Below the pieces are notes generated by a model that was given only the letters and a program-made list of their open reading frames with translations, ran no database searches and had not been told where the DNA came from. A stretch of DNA of 64,000 nucleotides, taken from an uncultured Solirubrobacterales bacterium (GTDB taxonomy: Bacteria > Actinomycetota > Thermoleophilia > Solirubrobacterales > 70-9). Where the stretch lies: NCBI GenBank assembly GCA_963801245.1, contig CAWDEA010000004.1, positions 75,175-139,174 of the forward strand, written 5' to 3'. Numbering within the stretch: the stretch's first letter is position 1; each line of letters opens with the position of its first letter. The translations under genes and the position numbers were made by a program. This document shows, one piece after another, positions 31,096-41,431 of this stretch.

Positions 31096-31230
31096 TCAGT
31101 GCTCGCGCTTCTCGATCGGGTCGCGGATGGTCACCGGGCCATTCTGCGCGATCGGCAGCCGCGATTCATCAGGGGTTTTCCACCTGTCATTCGTGGCTTT
31201 TCCCCGATGAAATGCCTCCCTGACGGACAT
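31096..31230 (-). CDS. possible 44-aa ORF immediately upstream of the M50 protease gene
   Basis: MSVREAFHRGKATNDRWKTPDESRLPIAQNGPVTIRDPIEKREH. SD-like gaagggga lies before ATG 31230. The stop is 7 nt before the protease GTG. No family recognised. Confidence 0.3.
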   Translation of the reverse strand: MSVREAFHRGKATNDRWKTPDESRLPIAQNGPVTIRDPIEKREH

Positions 31231-31271
31231 AGCTTCCCCTTCAGGCAATGGCACTACGAGGAGGGCGGCCC

Positions 31272-31691
31272 GTGAGCGACCCCAGCATCATCGAGCGCAG
31301 CACCGAGAAGGCACACGTGTGGCTGAACGAGATCGCCGCGGCGATGGACACCGATGACCAGCAGCTTGCCTACCGGGTCATGCGGGCCTACCTGCACGCG
31401 CTGCGCGACCGCCTGCCGGTCGACGAGGCGGCAGACCTCGCCGCCCAGCTCCCCGACCTGATCCGTGGCATCTACTACGAGGGGTGGAACCCGAGCGCCA
31501 CGCCGGTCAGGTACCGCAGCTTCTCCGACTTCCTCGATCGGGTCGCCGCCGAGGCCCTGCTCGGAGGCGAGACGGAGGCCTCATTCGCCGTCGGCGCAGC
31601 GGCCGAAGTCCTGCGCCGGCATGTCTCCGCCGGCGAGATCGCCGACATTCGCGCCATCCTTCCCGACGAGCTGCGACCGATCCTCGCCTGA
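31272..31691 (+). CDS. DUF2267-domain protein
   Basis: STEKAHVWLNEIAAAM...AYRVMRAYLHALRDRLPVDEAADLAAQLPDLIRGIYYEGW. GTG 31272 follows SD gaggaggg (alternative ATG 31248). Confidence 0.75.
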   Translation: MSDPSIIERSTEKAHVWLNEIAAAMDTDDQQLAYRVMRAYLHALRDRLPVDEAADLAAQLPDLIRGIYYEGWNPSATPVRYRSFSDFLDRVAAEALLGGETEASFAVGAAAEVLRRHVSAGEIADIRAILPDELRPILA

Positions 31692-31694
31692 GCC

Positions 31695-32603
31695 ATGCTC
31701 ATCCACACGCGATCGCAGACACGCTCGAAGCAACCGGGGGGCCTACCGGCGCGGCCGGACAAGGGCACGGTGGGGGCCCGGGAGGCCCCGCCTCCCCCCT
31801 TCTCCGATGCCCTCTGTGCCGTCGACGGCAGCCGTGGCAGCACCGAAGCGGCCCGGCAGGCCGTCGCCCTCTGCGGCCCCACTGCGGAGCTCGAGCTCGT
31901 CGCGGTCAGCAACACGGTCGGCACCGGTCTCTCCGCTCAGGCCGACCTCGGCGAGGAGCATGCCCGCGAGGCGCTCGAGGATGCGGTGTGGCGAGCCCGG
32001 AACGCGGGGCTCGTCCCATCGACCGAGCTGCTCCACGGTGCCAGGGTGAGCGACCGGCTGCTCGCCGAGAGCGCCGGGCACGACCTCCTGGCGATCGGCT
32101 GTCACGGGGGGTCGCGGCTCGGCGGCCTGATGCTGGGCAGCACCGCCACCCAGCTCGCCCACCGGGCCGAGCTGCCGCTGCTGATCGCCCGGCGCAGCGC
32201 CGACGACAGCGATTCCTTCCCGCAGGACGTCATCCTCGCCAGCGACGGCTCGCCGGGCTCCTGGTCGGCGATGGAGAGCGCGGCGCGCATCGCGCAGGCC
32301 CGGGATTCGGTGCTGCGGGTCGTCTTCGTGCCCGACGGCCACCCCGAGCGCTACCGGCAGCTGTTCAAGCAGCTGACCGCGCTCGAGCGCGCTCTCGGCT
32401 CGACACCCGCTTTCCTCGACGCCCCCGGCGATCCCGCCAGGCAGATCGCGACCGCCGCACGCGCCGCGCAGTCCTCCCTGATCGTGATCGGCAAGCGGGG
32501 CCTGCGCGGCCTCAGGTCCCTGGGCAGCGTCAGCGAGCTGGTCGTGCATCGCGCCCCCTGCTCGGTGCTGGTCGTACCGCCGCCGGCCTCGGCGAGCGAC
32601 TGA
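31695..32603 (+). CDS. universal stress protein, tandem Usp domains
   Basis: AVDGSRGSTEA...AIGCHGGSRLGGLMLGSTATQL and ASDGSPGSWSA...VIGKRGLRGLRSLGSVSELV. The N-terminal about 35 aa may not be translated. Confidence 0.8.
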   Translation: MLIHTRSQTRSKQPGGLPARPDKGTVGAREAPPPPFSDALCAVDGSRGSTEAARQAVALCGPTAELELVAVSNTVGTGLSAQADLGEEHAREALEDAVWRARNAGLVPSTELLHGARVSDRLLAESAGHDLLAIGCHGGSRLGGLMLGSTATQLAHRAELPLLIARRSADDSDSFPQDVILASDGSPGSWSAMESAARIAQARDSVLRVVFVPDGHPERYRQLFKQLTALERALGSTPAFLDAPGDPARQIATAARAAQSSLIVIGKRGLRGLRSLGSVSELVVHRAPCSVLVVPPPASASD

Positions 32604-32628
32604 GCAGCAGGCACGGTCGCCTCCCGCG

Positions 32629-33414
32629 CTACGAGGAGATGTCGCGGCGCTCGAACAGCAGCGCGCCGAGCGCGGCCAGGGCCACGGCGACGGCGGTCAC
32701 GCCGGCGAAGGCGAGCGGGTCGATCCCGTCTTCGATCGCCTTGCCGTAGTAGCGGAAGACCGAGACGTAGCGGATCCAGTCGAGGCCGGTGTCGAGCCGG
32801 CCGATCAGGTCGACCACGTACATCGCCACCAGCACGCCCGCGACCGAGCCGGTGACGACGCTGGTGCGCAGCGACCAACCGGTGACGACGACGCCGAGCC
32901 CGGCGAACAGCAGCGCGAGCGGCCAGACGTTGGCGAAGCCGGCGAGCGCCGGGCCGAAGGAGAGCCCGGCACCGGCGAGCAGGCTGCCGAGCACCGTGAT
33001 CAGGAGCGCCGGCGAGGAGCACGGCGGCGAGCTCGATCGCGGTGGCGGCGAAGTCCGCCGGCGACGAGGCGGCGGCGGGAGACCGGGGCCGAGAGCAGCA
33101 CGTCGAGGCGGCCGCTTTCGGCCGCGCCGGAGAGGCCGCTGGCGACCGAGCGCACCGCCAGGTAGCCGATCGCGAGCGGCACGATCAGGCTCAGCATCTC
33201 GGCATGCGAGGTACTGCTCGACGCTCGTCAGTTCGCCGATCCCGAAGGCCTCCTTCAGCGCTGCGGGATAGTTGCGCGATCGCCTTGCGCGAGCGCGTCT
33301 TCGACCGAGGGGAAGATCGCGACGATGAAGGCCGACATGAGGCCGAGCGGCAGGCCCCAGGAGAGCACCGAGCGGCGGCGTTCGTGCAGCTGGGCGGCGA
33401 CCAGGGCCGCTCAT
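32629..33414 (-). pseudogene. ABC-2-type exporter permease, several frame breaks (33000-33400)
   Basis: The C-terminal two thirds are readable (LLITVLGSLLAGAGLSF...VFRYYGKAIEDGIDPLAF...). N-terminal pieces LVAAQLHERRRSVLSWGLPLGLMSAFIVAIFPS, NYPAALKEAFGIGELTSVEQYL, EMLSLIVPLAIGYLAVRSVASGLSGAAESGRLDVLLSAPVSRRRLV lie in different frames. ATGA overlap with the ATPase stop. Confidence 0.7.
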
Positions 33415-34294
33415 CGCTCGCCCTCTCCCTGGTAGTAGGTGAGGAAGACCTCCTCCAGGGTCGGGTGGGCGAACTCGAGGTCGGCGACGTGTGGCGGCGA
33501 TCGCCTTGACCACCGGTCGAGGTCGCCGGCGACCTGAAGCGACCTGCCGTCCGACGGCTCGAGGTCGCTGACCCCGGGATCGCGCGCAGCTCCCCGAGGT
33601 CGACCGGCTCGGCGAACTCCACCGCGCTCGGCGCGTCTTGGCGAGCAGGTCGTCGACCCGCTCGACCGCGATCAGCCTGCCGCTCGCGGATGATCCCGAC
33701 CCGGTCGCAGACCCGCTCCACCTCGTCCAGCTCGTGCGAGGAGATGAAGACCGCGCAGCCGCGCTCGCGCTCCTCCCGCACCAGGGCGAGGAACTCCTCC
33801 TGCATCAGCGGGTCGAGCCCACTCGTCGGCTCGTCGAGGATCAGCAGCTCGGGGCGGTGGAAGAGCGCGAGGATCAGGCCGACCTTCTGGCGGTTGCCGC
33901 GCGAGAGCTGTCCCAGCGGCCGGTCGAGGTCGGCGCGGAAGCGGCGCGCCAGCTCCTCGGCGCGGCCGAGGTCTCCGACCCCGCGCAGCCGCGCCAGCAG
34001 ACGGAGGGCTTCGCGGCCGCTGGCGCCCTTGCCGTAGCCGAAGTCGCCCGGCAGGTTGCCGAGCCGGGCGCGGATCGCGACGCTGTCGCGGCGGCTGTCG
34101 AGACCGAAGATCCGGGCGCTGCCCCGGGTCGGGTGCAGGAGGTCGAGCAGGGTGCGGATCGTCGTCGTCTTGCCGGCCCCGTTGGGCCCGAGGAAGCCGA
34201 AGACCTCGCCCTTCTCGACCGCGATCGTGACGTCCTCGATGCCGCGCTCAGCGCCGTAGAACTTGGTCAGTTCCTCGGTCTGGATTGCCGTCAT
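33411..34294 (-). pseudogene. ABC transporter ATP-binding protein (ABC-2 exporter type), about five frame breaks in the last 300 nt
   Basis: GPNGAGKTT, LSRGNRQKV, LLILDEPTSGLD are intact. The tail RLIAVERVDDLLAK / AVEFAEPVDLGELRAIPG / VSDLEPSDGRSLQVAGDLD / HVADLEFAHPTLEEVFLTYYQGEGER needs frame hops between 33490 and 33690. Confidence 0.85.
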
Positions 34295-34306
34295 GGGCGC
34301 ATACTC

Positions 34307-37041
34307 TCAGGACGCCTGGCGCCGCAGCCAGAAGCGCCGCAGCTCGTCGGAGCCCCAGACGAGGAAGGGGAAGGGGATCAGGATCGCCAGGTGGACGGGC
34401 GAAAGCGCGGCCGTGCCGAAGAGCGCCTGGAGCGGCGGCAGGTAGATCAGCGCCGCGGCGAAGAGCGAGCTCGAAGCCGATGCCCCAGAGCAGCAGCGGG
34501 TTGGAGAAGACCCCGATCTGCCGCAGCGAGGCGCGGCTGGTGCGGGCGGCGAAGGCGGTGCCCACCTGGCAGGCGGTGATCCCGGCGAAGGTCATCGTCG
34601 TCGCCACCAGGTAGTCGTCGTGAAGGGCGGTGCCGCTGCCGGTCGGATCGCCGGGAGACCAGCCGGCCGACGGTCAGCACGATGAAGAACCCACCCGTGA
34701 CCAGCGCCGCCTCGAGCAGGCCCAGCCAGAGCCAGGCCCGGGTCAGCATCGAGCGACTGACGATGCTCTCGCTGCGCGGGCGCGGCGGCCGGTCGAGGAT
34801 GCCCGGCTCGGCCGGCTCGCGCCCGAGCGCCAGCGCCGGCAGGGTCTCGGTGCCGAGATCGATGGCGAGGATCTGCAGGGCCGTCAGCGGCAGCGGCACG
34901 GCACCGCCTGAGAGGGCGAAGATCAGGAAGGGGACGACCTCCGGGCGTGGCGTGGGCGAAGATGTAGGTGACGAACTTGCGGATGTTCTCGTAGACCACC
35001 CGCCCCTCCTCGATCGCGGCGACGATCGAGGCGAAGTTGTCGTCGGTGAGCACCATCGTCGCCGCCTCGCGCGCCACGTCGGTCCCGGACTCCCCCATCG
35101 CCACGCCGATGTCGGCGCGGCGCAGCGCCGGCGCGTCGTTGACGCCGTCGCCCGTCATCGCCACCGTGTGGCCCTCGGCCTCGAGCGCGTCGACCAGGTG
35201 CAGCTTCGTCTCCGGGTTGCTGCGGGCGACGATCAGCTCGGCGGTCTCGCGCAGCAGCCGGTCGAGCTCGGGCTCGGCCATCGCGTCGACTTCGGCTCCG
35301 GTGAGGACGGTCGGCGCCTCGCCGACGATCCCCGACCTCGCGCGCCACCGCCGTCGGCGGTCAGGCCGTGGTCGCCGGTGACGACGACGATGCGGATCGC
35401 CGGCGCTGCGGCAGCGGGCGACGGCGTCGACCACGTCTGGCCGCGGCGGATCCTCGAGGGCGATCAGGCCGACGAAGCGTGAGCCCCGCCTCGCGCCCGG
35501 TCGCGGTCGGCGTCGGCGCACGCGGCGCGCGCCGCTCGGCGAAGCCGAGGACGCGCAGTCCCGCGGCTGGCGTAGCGCTCGAACGCCTCTTCGACCGCGA
35601 CGCGGTCGGCATCCGAGAGCGGCCTGTCGCCCTCGCTGCCGCGTACCGTGGCGCAGCGCCCGAGCAGCTCCAGCGGCGCCCCCTTGGCGTGGAACCAGAG
35701 CTGACCGCCGGGCTCCTCGTCGAGCGTCGTCATCCGCTTCAGGCGCGGGTCGAAGTGGAAGAGCGCGCGGCGCGCCGCGTCGCGCTCGGCCTGCGCGGAC
35801 TCGACGTCCTCGCCCAGCTCCGCCGGCCGCGACCAGGAGCGCGCTCTCGCTCGGGTCTCCGCCGCGCTGCCAGCCGTCCGCCCCACGCCGGGCGATCGCG
35901 TTGTTGCAGCGCAACGCCGTGCGCAGGAGCGCCGAGAACGGCTCGCCGCTCGCCGCGCCGCCGTCGCGTGCCGGCAGCAGCTCGGTCCCGTCGGACCATA
36001 GAGCGCGCACGCTCATCCGGCCCTCGGTCAGGGTGCCCGTCTTGTCGGTGCAGATCACGTCGGTCGAGCCGAGCGTCTCGACCGCGGTCAGCCGCTTGAC
36101 CAGCGCCCGCCGCCGGGCCATCCGCCGCACGCCGACGGCGAGGGCGAGCGTGATCGTCGGCAGCAGGCCCTCGGGCACGTTGGCCACCAGCAGGCCGATC
36201 GCGAAGGTGAGCGGCGTCGTCCAGCGGACAGGCCGGCGACGCGTGGTGCCGAGCGCGAAGAAGACGACGCCCGGCCGCGACGGCGACGGCGGCGATCAGC
36301 AGCGCCACCCGGTTGACCTGGACCTGGAGCGGGCTGACCTCCGCCCGGACGCGCTGGGAGAGCGCGGCGATGCGACCGAGCTGGGTCGCCATCCCGGTCG
36401 CGTAGACGATCGCCTCCGCCTCGCCGGCCGTGCAGAGGGTGCCCGCAGAAGACGAGGTCCTCGGCCTCCAGCGGCGAGGGCGCCGGCTCGGTGCGCTGAG
36501 CCGTACGCGGAGACCGGCTGGGACTCGCCCGTCAGCGGCGACATGTCGATCTCGACTGCGCCCTCGATCAGGCGGGCGTCGGCCGAGAGCCGGTCGCCCT
36601 CCTCGAGCAGCAGCAGGTCGCCCGGGACGAGGGAGGAGGCGTCGACCTCGACCTCCTTCCCGCCACGGCGCACCCGCGCCCGCGGCGGCAGGAACTCGCG
36701 CAGCGCCTCGGTCGCTCGCTCCGCCTGCAGCTCCTGGACTGAAGGCGAAGACGGCGTTGAGGACGATCACGGCGACGATCGCGACCGCCAGCGCGACTAT
36801 CCCGTCGACGAGCGGCGAGAACGGCGGCGACCCAGAGCAGCAGGGCGAGCGGGTGCGTGAACTGGAGCGCCAGGTCGCGCACGTGGCTCGGACCCTGACG
36901 CCGCTCGATCGCGTTCGGCCCGTGCTGCTCGAGCCTGCGGCGCGCCTCCCGCTCGGAGAGCCCGGCGCGGCCGGTCCCGAGGTGACGCAGGATCAGGTCC
37001 AGTCTCTCCTCGGGATCGAAGCTCGCGTCCGTCCCGACCAC
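34307..37041 (-). pseudogene. P2-type cation-transporting P-type ATPase, about 15 frame breaks
   Basis: Collinear fragments: [18 protein letters not shown]; PLTGESQPV (TGES); [15 protein letters not shown]; [12 protein letters not shown]. Also [22 protein letters not shown]; [18 protein letters not shown]; C-end [21 protein letters not shown] 37041. Confidence 0.85.
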
Positions 37042-37048
37042 CGCCGAA

Positions 37049-39212
37049 TCAGCCCGGGCTGGCGATGCCCCCGCCGACCGAGGGCGGGACGGGAGCGGGT
37101 GCCGGGGCCGGTTCGGGCGCCGGTTCCGGAGCGGGTTCTTCGGGGGCCGGCTCGGGGGCGGCTTCCGGCTCGGGGTCCGGTCCCTGACCGCCGCCCTCGT
37201 CTTTCTTCGACGGCTTCTTGTCGGTCGAATCTTCTTCGCCGTAGTCGTATTCGTCCGCGTAGCCGGCGGACGAGGTGTGTTCGCTGTCGAGGCCGGAGAG
37301 CTCGGGGAGGCTGGTGGGACTGCGGGAATTCGGGGCAGTTGCCGGCCACGGCCGATTCCATGAAGTAGCGCCAGATCGGACCGGCGGTCGGGACCGCCGT
37401 AGCCGGTCGCTTCGCGCGACTGCGGGTGACCGACCCAGACGGCGGTCGAGTAGAGCGGCGTGTAGCCGACGAACCAGGCGTCGGAGAGGTCCTCGGAGGT
37501 ACCGGTCTTGCCGGCCGCGGCGGAGCAGCCCATGTAGGTGTAGCCGGCGCCGGTGCCCTGGGTGATCACGCCCTCGAGGAGGCTGGTCACTTCGTAGGCC
37601 TCGCCCTCGGTCAGCACCCGCTCGCCGGAGTCGGGGTCGACTTCGTCGACCTTGCCGTCCGGGAACTCGACCCGGTCGATCGCGGTCGCGTCGTGGTGGA
37701 TGCCGCCGTTGGCGAGGGTCGCGTAGGCATCGGCCATTTCCAGCGGCGTGACGCCGACCGCGAGACCGCCGATCCCCTCGGCCGGCACCGATTCGAGCGG
37801 CGAGGTGATCCCCATCTCGTGCGCGGTCTTGGTGACGTTCTCGGGCCCGACGTCGAGGTCGAGCTGGGCGAAGATGACGTTGACCGAGTGCCACGGTGGC
37901 AGAGGCGAGCGACATCGACGCCGCCGCCCGGCCTCGGCGTTGTTGACGACCCAGTCGGGACCGCCGCCGGGGATCTCCAGCGTCTTCGGCGAGGTGCCGT
38001 CGTAGTAGGTGGTGTCGGGGTCGATGCCCTGCTTGATCGCGGTCGGCGAGGACGAAGGTCTTGAACGAGGAGCCGGGCTGGCGGTGCGCCTGCCAGGCGT
38101 AGTTGAACTGGCTTTCGCTCGCGTAGCCTTCGGTCGAGGCGAGGGCGACGATCTCGCCCGTTCTCGGGGTCGACCGAGGCCAGCCCGGCCGCCGGCCCGC
38201 CTTCGGGGTAGCAGACGCCGCACGATTCGACCGCTTCCTGCGCGCGTTCCTGCAGCTCGGGGTCGATCGTCGTGTAGGCCTTGAGGCCGCCGTTGCGGAC
38301 CGTGTTGATCCCGTACTTGTCGATCAGCTCCTGCTGGACGAGGTCGAAGAGGAAGGGGTCGCGGATCACCCGGTACTTGTGGCCGGGGTTGAGGCCGAGG
38401 CCGCTGGCCAGCGCCTTGCTGGTACTGATCGGATGTGATGTAGCTCTCGTCCTCCATCGCTTCCAGCACCTCGTTGCGCCGGTCTTTCGCCGCCTGCGGG
38501 TCGAGGAACGGGTTGTATTCGGAGGGCGCCTGCGGCAGGCCGGCGATCAGCGCCGACTCGGTCAGGTTCAGCTCCTTGGCCGGCTTGCCGAAGTAGGTCT
38601 GCGCGGCCGCCTCGGCCCCGACCGCGGTCTCGCCTTCGACAGTCCCGTAGGGGGCGGTGTTCAGGTAGGCGGTGAGGATCCACTCCTTCGAGTGCTCCTC
38701 CTCCTGTTCGTAGGCGAGGTGCGCTTCGATCAGCTTTCGTTCGATCGTCTCTTCGGGGTTCTGGATGTAGAGGTTGCGGACCAGCTGCTGGGTGATGGTC
38801 GAGGCTCCCTGCACGGGCTTGCCCCCGGCCATCAGGTTCTTCCAGGCAGCGCGCACGATCGCCGGCGGGTCGATCGCGCCGTGGTCGAAGAAGTTCTTGT
38901 CCTCGATCGCCACCGTGGCGTTCTTGAGCGTCTGCGGCAGCGCCCGGGAGGGGACCGGCTGGCGGATGTTGTTCGGAGCTGGATGAAGCCGATCAGCGAG
39001 CCGTCGGCGGCGTAGATCGCCGAGGAGCGCCCCTTCTGCACCGGCTTCAGGCTGGAGAGCGGCGGCGCCGAGTCGTAGACGTCGATCGCCCAGCTCGCGG
39101 CGACCCCGCCCGCGATTGCGCCTGCGGCGGCAAGGATCCCCAGTGGGATCAACAGCTTCTTCTTCCAGCTACGGGTGTGCGACCGTCGTCGCCGTCGCGT
39201 GCGGCGGGCCAT
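37049..39212 (-). pseudogene. class A penicillin-binding protein (PBP1A-type transglycosylase/transpeptidase), about nine frame breaks
   Basis: TM anchor KKLLIPLGILAAAGAIAGGVAA. GT51 blocks AIEDKNFFDHGAID, GASTITQQLVRN. Transpeptidase QPGSSFK (SxxK), GKTGTS (KTG). Pro/Ala/Glu-rich tail ...PEPEAAPEPAPEEPAPEPAPEPAPAPAP. Confidence 0.85.
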
Positions 39213-39253
39213 TCGGCTGCAAATTGTAGGGAGGCCGGTAGCCTTGCCATTCG

Positions 39254-39634
39254 ATGACGGCCTTCCTGCACACGTGCTACCGGATCGGCGACATCGACCG
39301 CTCGGTCGCCTTCTACGAGAAGCTCGGCTTCGTCGAGGTGGCGCAGATGCCGATCGGCAGCGAGGCGATCAACGTTTTCATGGCCCTGCCGGGCGAAGAG
39401 AGCCCGCGCCTGGAGCTGACCTACAACCACGGCGTCGACTCCTACGACCTCGGCACCGGCTACAACCACATCGCCCTCACCGTCGACGACCTCGACGCCA
39501 CCCTCGCGGCGCTCGCCGCCGAAGGCATCGAGCCCGAAAAGCCCCCCTACCGCCCCGGCGGCCGCACCGAGGGCCACTTCATCTGCTTCCTGCGCGACCC
39601 GGACGGCTACCGGATCGAGTTGATCGGGGAGTAG
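39254..39634 (+). CDS. gloA: lactoylglutathione lyase (glyoxalase I)
   Basis: HTCYRIGDIDRSVAFYEKLGF, LELTYNHG, GYNHIALTVDD, DPDGYRIELI. Intact 126 aa. Confidence 0.85.
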   Translation: MTAFLHTCYRIGDIDRSVAFYEKLGFVEVAQMPIGSEAINVFMALPGEESPRLELTYNHGVDSYDLGTGYNHIALTVDDLDATLAALAAEGIEPEKPPYRPGGRTEGHFICFLRDPDGYRIELIGE

Positions 39635-39881
39635 GACCTAGCCAAGTCCACGCTGGGGATCTCCTGGTGGATCGCGGCGCTCAGGCTCACCAAGCCCTAA
39701 TCCTGGTGGGCCCGTCACTTCTACGGCCCACGCCCGGTCCGACGACTGCTGCATTGACCGTGACATAGACGGCGAATGCAGCAGTGAGTGCGCAAAGGAC
39801 CTCGGCGATGTGCTCGGCGCCCGCAAGATGGCGAGAGTGCGATGAGTCCGAGTTGTCGTCACATATCGGGGGCTAGACGCG

Positions 39882-40724
39882 CTAGACGCGCATTACCCGG
39901 GCGACGAGCGCATCGAAGGCGCGATCCGGGAGTACGCGGCGGGCGAGGGCCTGGCCACGGGCGTCGGCGCCGACCAGGTAGCGGGTGCGGGGGCGGCCGG
40001 CCGTGAGGGCGTGGGCTATCGCGCGCGCGACCTTGTCCGGGTGGATGCCGCGCTTTGCCGTTCGCTTGACCGCGCCGCGGAAGCGCTCGATCGTCTTGCC
40101 GTAGAGCTCGTCCTGGGAGTCGTGGGCGCGCTCGGAGACCTCGTCGGCGATCCGTTCGCCGCTCTCCCAGATCGCGGTGTCGATCGAGCCCGGCTCGATC
40201 ACGGCGACGTCGATCTTCCACGGCCGCAGCTCCTGGCGCAGGCAGTCGGCGACCGCCTCGATCCCGAACTTCGAGGCGTGGTAGGGCCCGCCGAAGGGCA
40301 GCGCCATGCGACCGCCGATCGAGCTGACGAAGACGATCCGGCCGGTGGCGCGGCGGATCAGCGGCAGGAAGGCCTGCGTGACCGCGACCTGCGCGGTCAG
40401 GTTGACCTCGATCTGCCGGCGGAAGTCCTCGACCGGGATCGTCTCCAACGGGCTCAACACCGCGATCCCGGCGTTGTTGACGAGGCCGTCGAGCCCGGCC
40501 TCCCCCACCTCCTTGCCGACGAGCTCCACGGCGGCCGCGATCTGGCCCGCGTCGGTCACGTCGAGCATCACCGGCACCAGTCGATCGGAGCCCGCAACCC
40601 GCAGCGCCGCGGCGTCCTCCTCGCGACGCACCGCCGCGAAGACCCGCCACCCCTCCGCGTCCATCCGCAGCGCGCTCGCCCGCCCGATCCCGGTCGAAGC
40701 GCCCGTGACGAGAACCGACTTCAT
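39882..40724 (-). CDS. SDR-family oxidoreductase
   Basis: TGASTGIGRA, NNAG, YHASK. Last gene of the minus-strand operon (the MerR stop abuts its ATG: TGAATG). Confidence 0.85.
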   Translation of the reverse strand: MKSVLVTGASTGIGRASALRMDAEGWRVFAAVRREEDAAALRVAGSDRLVPVMLDVTDAGQIAAAVELVGKEVGEAGLDGLVNNAGIAVLSPLETIPVEDFRRQIEVNLTAQVAVTQAFLPLIRRATGRIVFVSSIGGRMALPFGGPYHASKFGIEAVADCLRQELRPWKIDVAVIEPGSIDTAIWESGERIADEVSERAHDSQDELYGKTIERFRGAVKRTAKRGIHPDKVARAIAHALTAGRPRTRYLVGADARGQALARRVLPDRAFDALVARVMRV

Positions 40725-41431
40725 TCAGCCCCGCCGCGCCCGGTGGCCCTCGAGCTCGGCGACCAGCAGCTTGGTGTGCAGCGCGGCGATCAGGTCCTGC
40801 AGGGGCTGGGCGCCGGATTCGAGCATCTCGACCACGCGCTCGGGCGGGACCTCGCCGGCCAGGCGCTCCATCACGACTTCGACCTCCTGGCGGACCAGGT
40901 CTTCGAGCGCGGTCTTGTAGCGCAGGGTGTCGTAGACGGTGAAGCCGATCTCCTCGTCGTAGCCGCCGGCGCGGAAGCGGCTGATCGCCTCGATGATCTT
41001 GATGTCGGAGGGTGAGTAGCCGCGCTGTTGGGGCTGAGGATCTCCAGCTTCTCGAGCCGGTCGAGAACGTCCTTGGGAACGCCGTAGCGCTCGCGCACCT
41101 CGGCGGCGCTGGTGCGGGTGCGCTCCCCGGCGAGGGCGCGGTCGAGGATGCGGTCCTCCAGCTCGACCAGGGCGCGGGCCCGCTCGGGGTCCTCGTCGAG
41201 CACCGACTTGATCGCCTTCAGCGGCATGAAGCGCTCCTCCTGCAGCTGCTTGATCAGCTTGATCCGGTCGACGAACTCCGGCGGGTAGTAGGCCATGTTG
41301 CGGCTGGTCTTGACCGGCTCGGGCAGGAGGCCCTCGCGCAGGTAGTGCTTGATCGTCGGCGCCGGCACGCCGGAGGCCTCGGCCAGCTCCCCCATCCGCA
41401 GCAGATCGGCATTGGCGCCGTTGCCGCTCAT
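40725..41431 (-). pseudogene. MerR-family transcriptional regulator, one frame break at the G4 run 41040-41043
   Basis: LRMGELAEASGVPAPTIKHYLREGLLPEPVKTSRNMAYYPPEFVDRIKLIKQLQ. After LEILS the sequence continues PQQRGYSPSDIKIIEAISRFRAGGYDEE... only if one more C (minus strand) is assumed. Confidence 0.8.

Noticed and set aside
39638-39862. 74-aa ORF and two hairpins in the 247-nt gloA/SDR spacer.
   Set aside because: The ORF product is low-complexity with no start context. The hairpins (gtgggcc/ggcccac; actgctgcatt/aatgcagcagt) are adequately explained as terminators of the two convergent genes.
39873-39890. Tandem duplication of ctagacgcg (2 x 9 nt) at the 3' end of the SDR gene, giving two in-frame stops (RV-stop-RV-stop on the minus strand).
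   Set aside because: A trivial 9-nt slippage duplication, with no functional implication beyond a back-up stop codon.
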